The position numbers were made by a program, and so were the translations under genes. A stretch of 64,000 nt of DNA, the filler included, from Lenisia limosa (lineage: Eukaryota; Protista; Breviatea), in assembly GCA_001655205.1 (NCBI GenBank). It is 14 parts of 14 records of this genome, joined end to end, with 100 filler letters (N's around TTAATTAATTAA, not from the genome) between each part and the next. Parts side by side here need not be neighbours in the genome. Positions count along the whole stretch, not along the records: positions 62,626 to 64,000 come from LPNZ01005455.1; 13 more parts are not named here. One strand, written 5' to 3'. Below are positions 62,526 through 64,000 of this stretch, in pieces. Below the pieces are notes generated by a model. It did not search any database. It saw only the letters and a program-made list of their open reading frames with translations, and was not told the DNA's origin. Positions within the stretch are counted from its first letter, which is position 1. Each line of letters opens with the position of its first letter.

Positions 62526-64000
62526 NNNNNNNNNNNNNNNNNNNNNNNNNNNNNNNNNNNNNNNNNNNNTTAATTAATTAANNNNNNNNNNNNNNNNNNN
62601 NNNNNNNNNNNNNNNNNNNNNNNNNTCTATTTGGGGACAGTCCAAGGTGGGGGCGGAAGGGTTCAAGTAATATTAGAGGATTTATCGTGAAGTTCATTCG
62701 GACCGTAGGGGAATCCCTAGGTATATAGATATGAGCATCCCACCTCATGCACTCCACGATTGGGTGAATTAATATTATACTATAATTCAATATCTCTTAA
62801 AAGCGTGATGGTGTGGACGGCTTTGGCCAGATACAACCTTTTTTTATATTTCTCATTGCTCTTCATAACCTTATTTTATTTTATTTATCATTGCTATAGC
62901 TATATCATCTACTAGACTTTCTTTGTTTGATTTAGTATTGTTGGGTGTTGATCTTGAGTAAATCGTTTTGCTTTGCTTATTTATATAATCTGTAACACGA
63001 TTCCCATACATCTGTTACACACTACTTGTCAGGAATACTACTGTCCAATATTGCCTACTAGTGTAAGACTTACCTACGGTCACAAGAAAGGCGGAATTAT
63101 CCTTGATAAATATCGATATTTCAAGGTCTTTTGCGGAATGTAGAATAGCGCAAACAGCGGGATAAAGTGAGTATTATCTTATTCTTTGACAAGATTTCAT
63201 TTGCTTTCATCATCTTGGTCATTATTATAGCCTCTATCAAAGCTCTAAAGTTTTTCAGTTATCATTAATGGTATTATGTGTGTCGATATAAATGTATGAT
63301 TAGGACTTCACTTCGGTCCAAAAAAGACTGATAAAATATTGATAGTTTTCGAGTATTGATTGAGAAATTTAGTCTTTTTTCGAGCGAACTGAAGCCCTAA
63401 GAATAACATAGACATTGAAAGATGAGAAATAAAAAAGGCTGTATATCTGGCCGAAGCCGTCCACANNNNNNNNNNNNNNNNNNNNNNNNNNNNNNNNNNN
63501 NNNNNNNNNNNNNNNNNNNNNNNNNNNNNNNNNNNNNNNNNNNNNNNNNNNNNNTTATTTTTGTTGCAGTTAAAAAAGGTAACTAACTTCATAGTACGGA
63601 AGAGCTCTTTGGCGGAAGTACCTCTTCATCACCTGCTGTGTTTGTGGGGTTTATATTGGTTTTTTTTCCTCCTCCTTATTATGATTTTTGTTATCATCTC
63701 CCTCTGTGTTACAATATATTGCACGGAATTTTTTTTGAACAAGAGAAATAATATGCATCTTGGGAAACAAAGAAATAGGGAAACCATTAACAGATTACCA
63801 TTCCTCCGCACGGAAAGTATGTACACCTATCTACCTCGCTTTTTTGAACAAGAGAATTAAATATATTCATTAAAACCTCGCCAATCAAGTTGAGTTGATT
63901 GGGTCTTTTTTTGTTTGGTAAATTTTCCAACCCCCCCTTCCCCTCCTCCCATGTACGATGAAGATGCGGTGATGTAGAAGCGACTGGCCTGGCCTGGGCT

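Noticed and set aside
1-64000. tRNA, rRNA or snRNA genes, and stop-codon reassignment
   Set aside because: The GGTTCGA hits belong to MITE arms and lack cloverleaf context. Conserved genes end in TAA or TAG, and I saw no in-frame stops in their conserved exons.

Overview
This is eukaryotic genomic DNA, not one continuous locus. Thirteen identical 100-nt spacers (44 N + TTAATTAATTAA + 44 N) join 14 unrelated contigs, and other N runs mask or gap low-complexity sequence, so gene order across spacers means nothing. The organism is an intron-rich flagellated microbial eukaryote; the stop codons seen (TAA, TAG) fit the standard code. Introns are GT-AG, donors are usually GTnnG and often G-rich, and acceptors are often C-rich. 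Genes were rebuilt by hand from short exons, so boundaries are approximate. Recognisable genes: cyclic-nucleotide phosphodiesterase (partial), TMEM8/PGAP6-family EGF + 7TM protein, VARP/ANKRD27-like VPS9 protein, SLU7 (partial), SEC13 (partial), IFT dynein DYNC2H1 (partial), axonemal dynein DNAH10-like (partial), a furin-like Cys-rich surface protein, nicotinamidase PncA/PNC1, and a membrane guanylyl-cyclase-like protein lacking one metal-binding Asp. Mobile DNA: a hAT-type MITE family with 8-bp TSDs, a Tc1/mariner-type MITE with TA TSDs, a third dispersed repeat, a decayed pogo/DDE_1 transposase, an intron-containing Mutator-like transposase, and a probable LINE 3' remnant. The most unusual signal is a ~100-140 nt dispersed repeat in introns of several unrelated genes. 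It is nearly always in sense orientation, and its end forms the branch-point-like motif, C tract and AG of the host 3' splice site. Several introns also carry short direct or inverted copies of exon ends.
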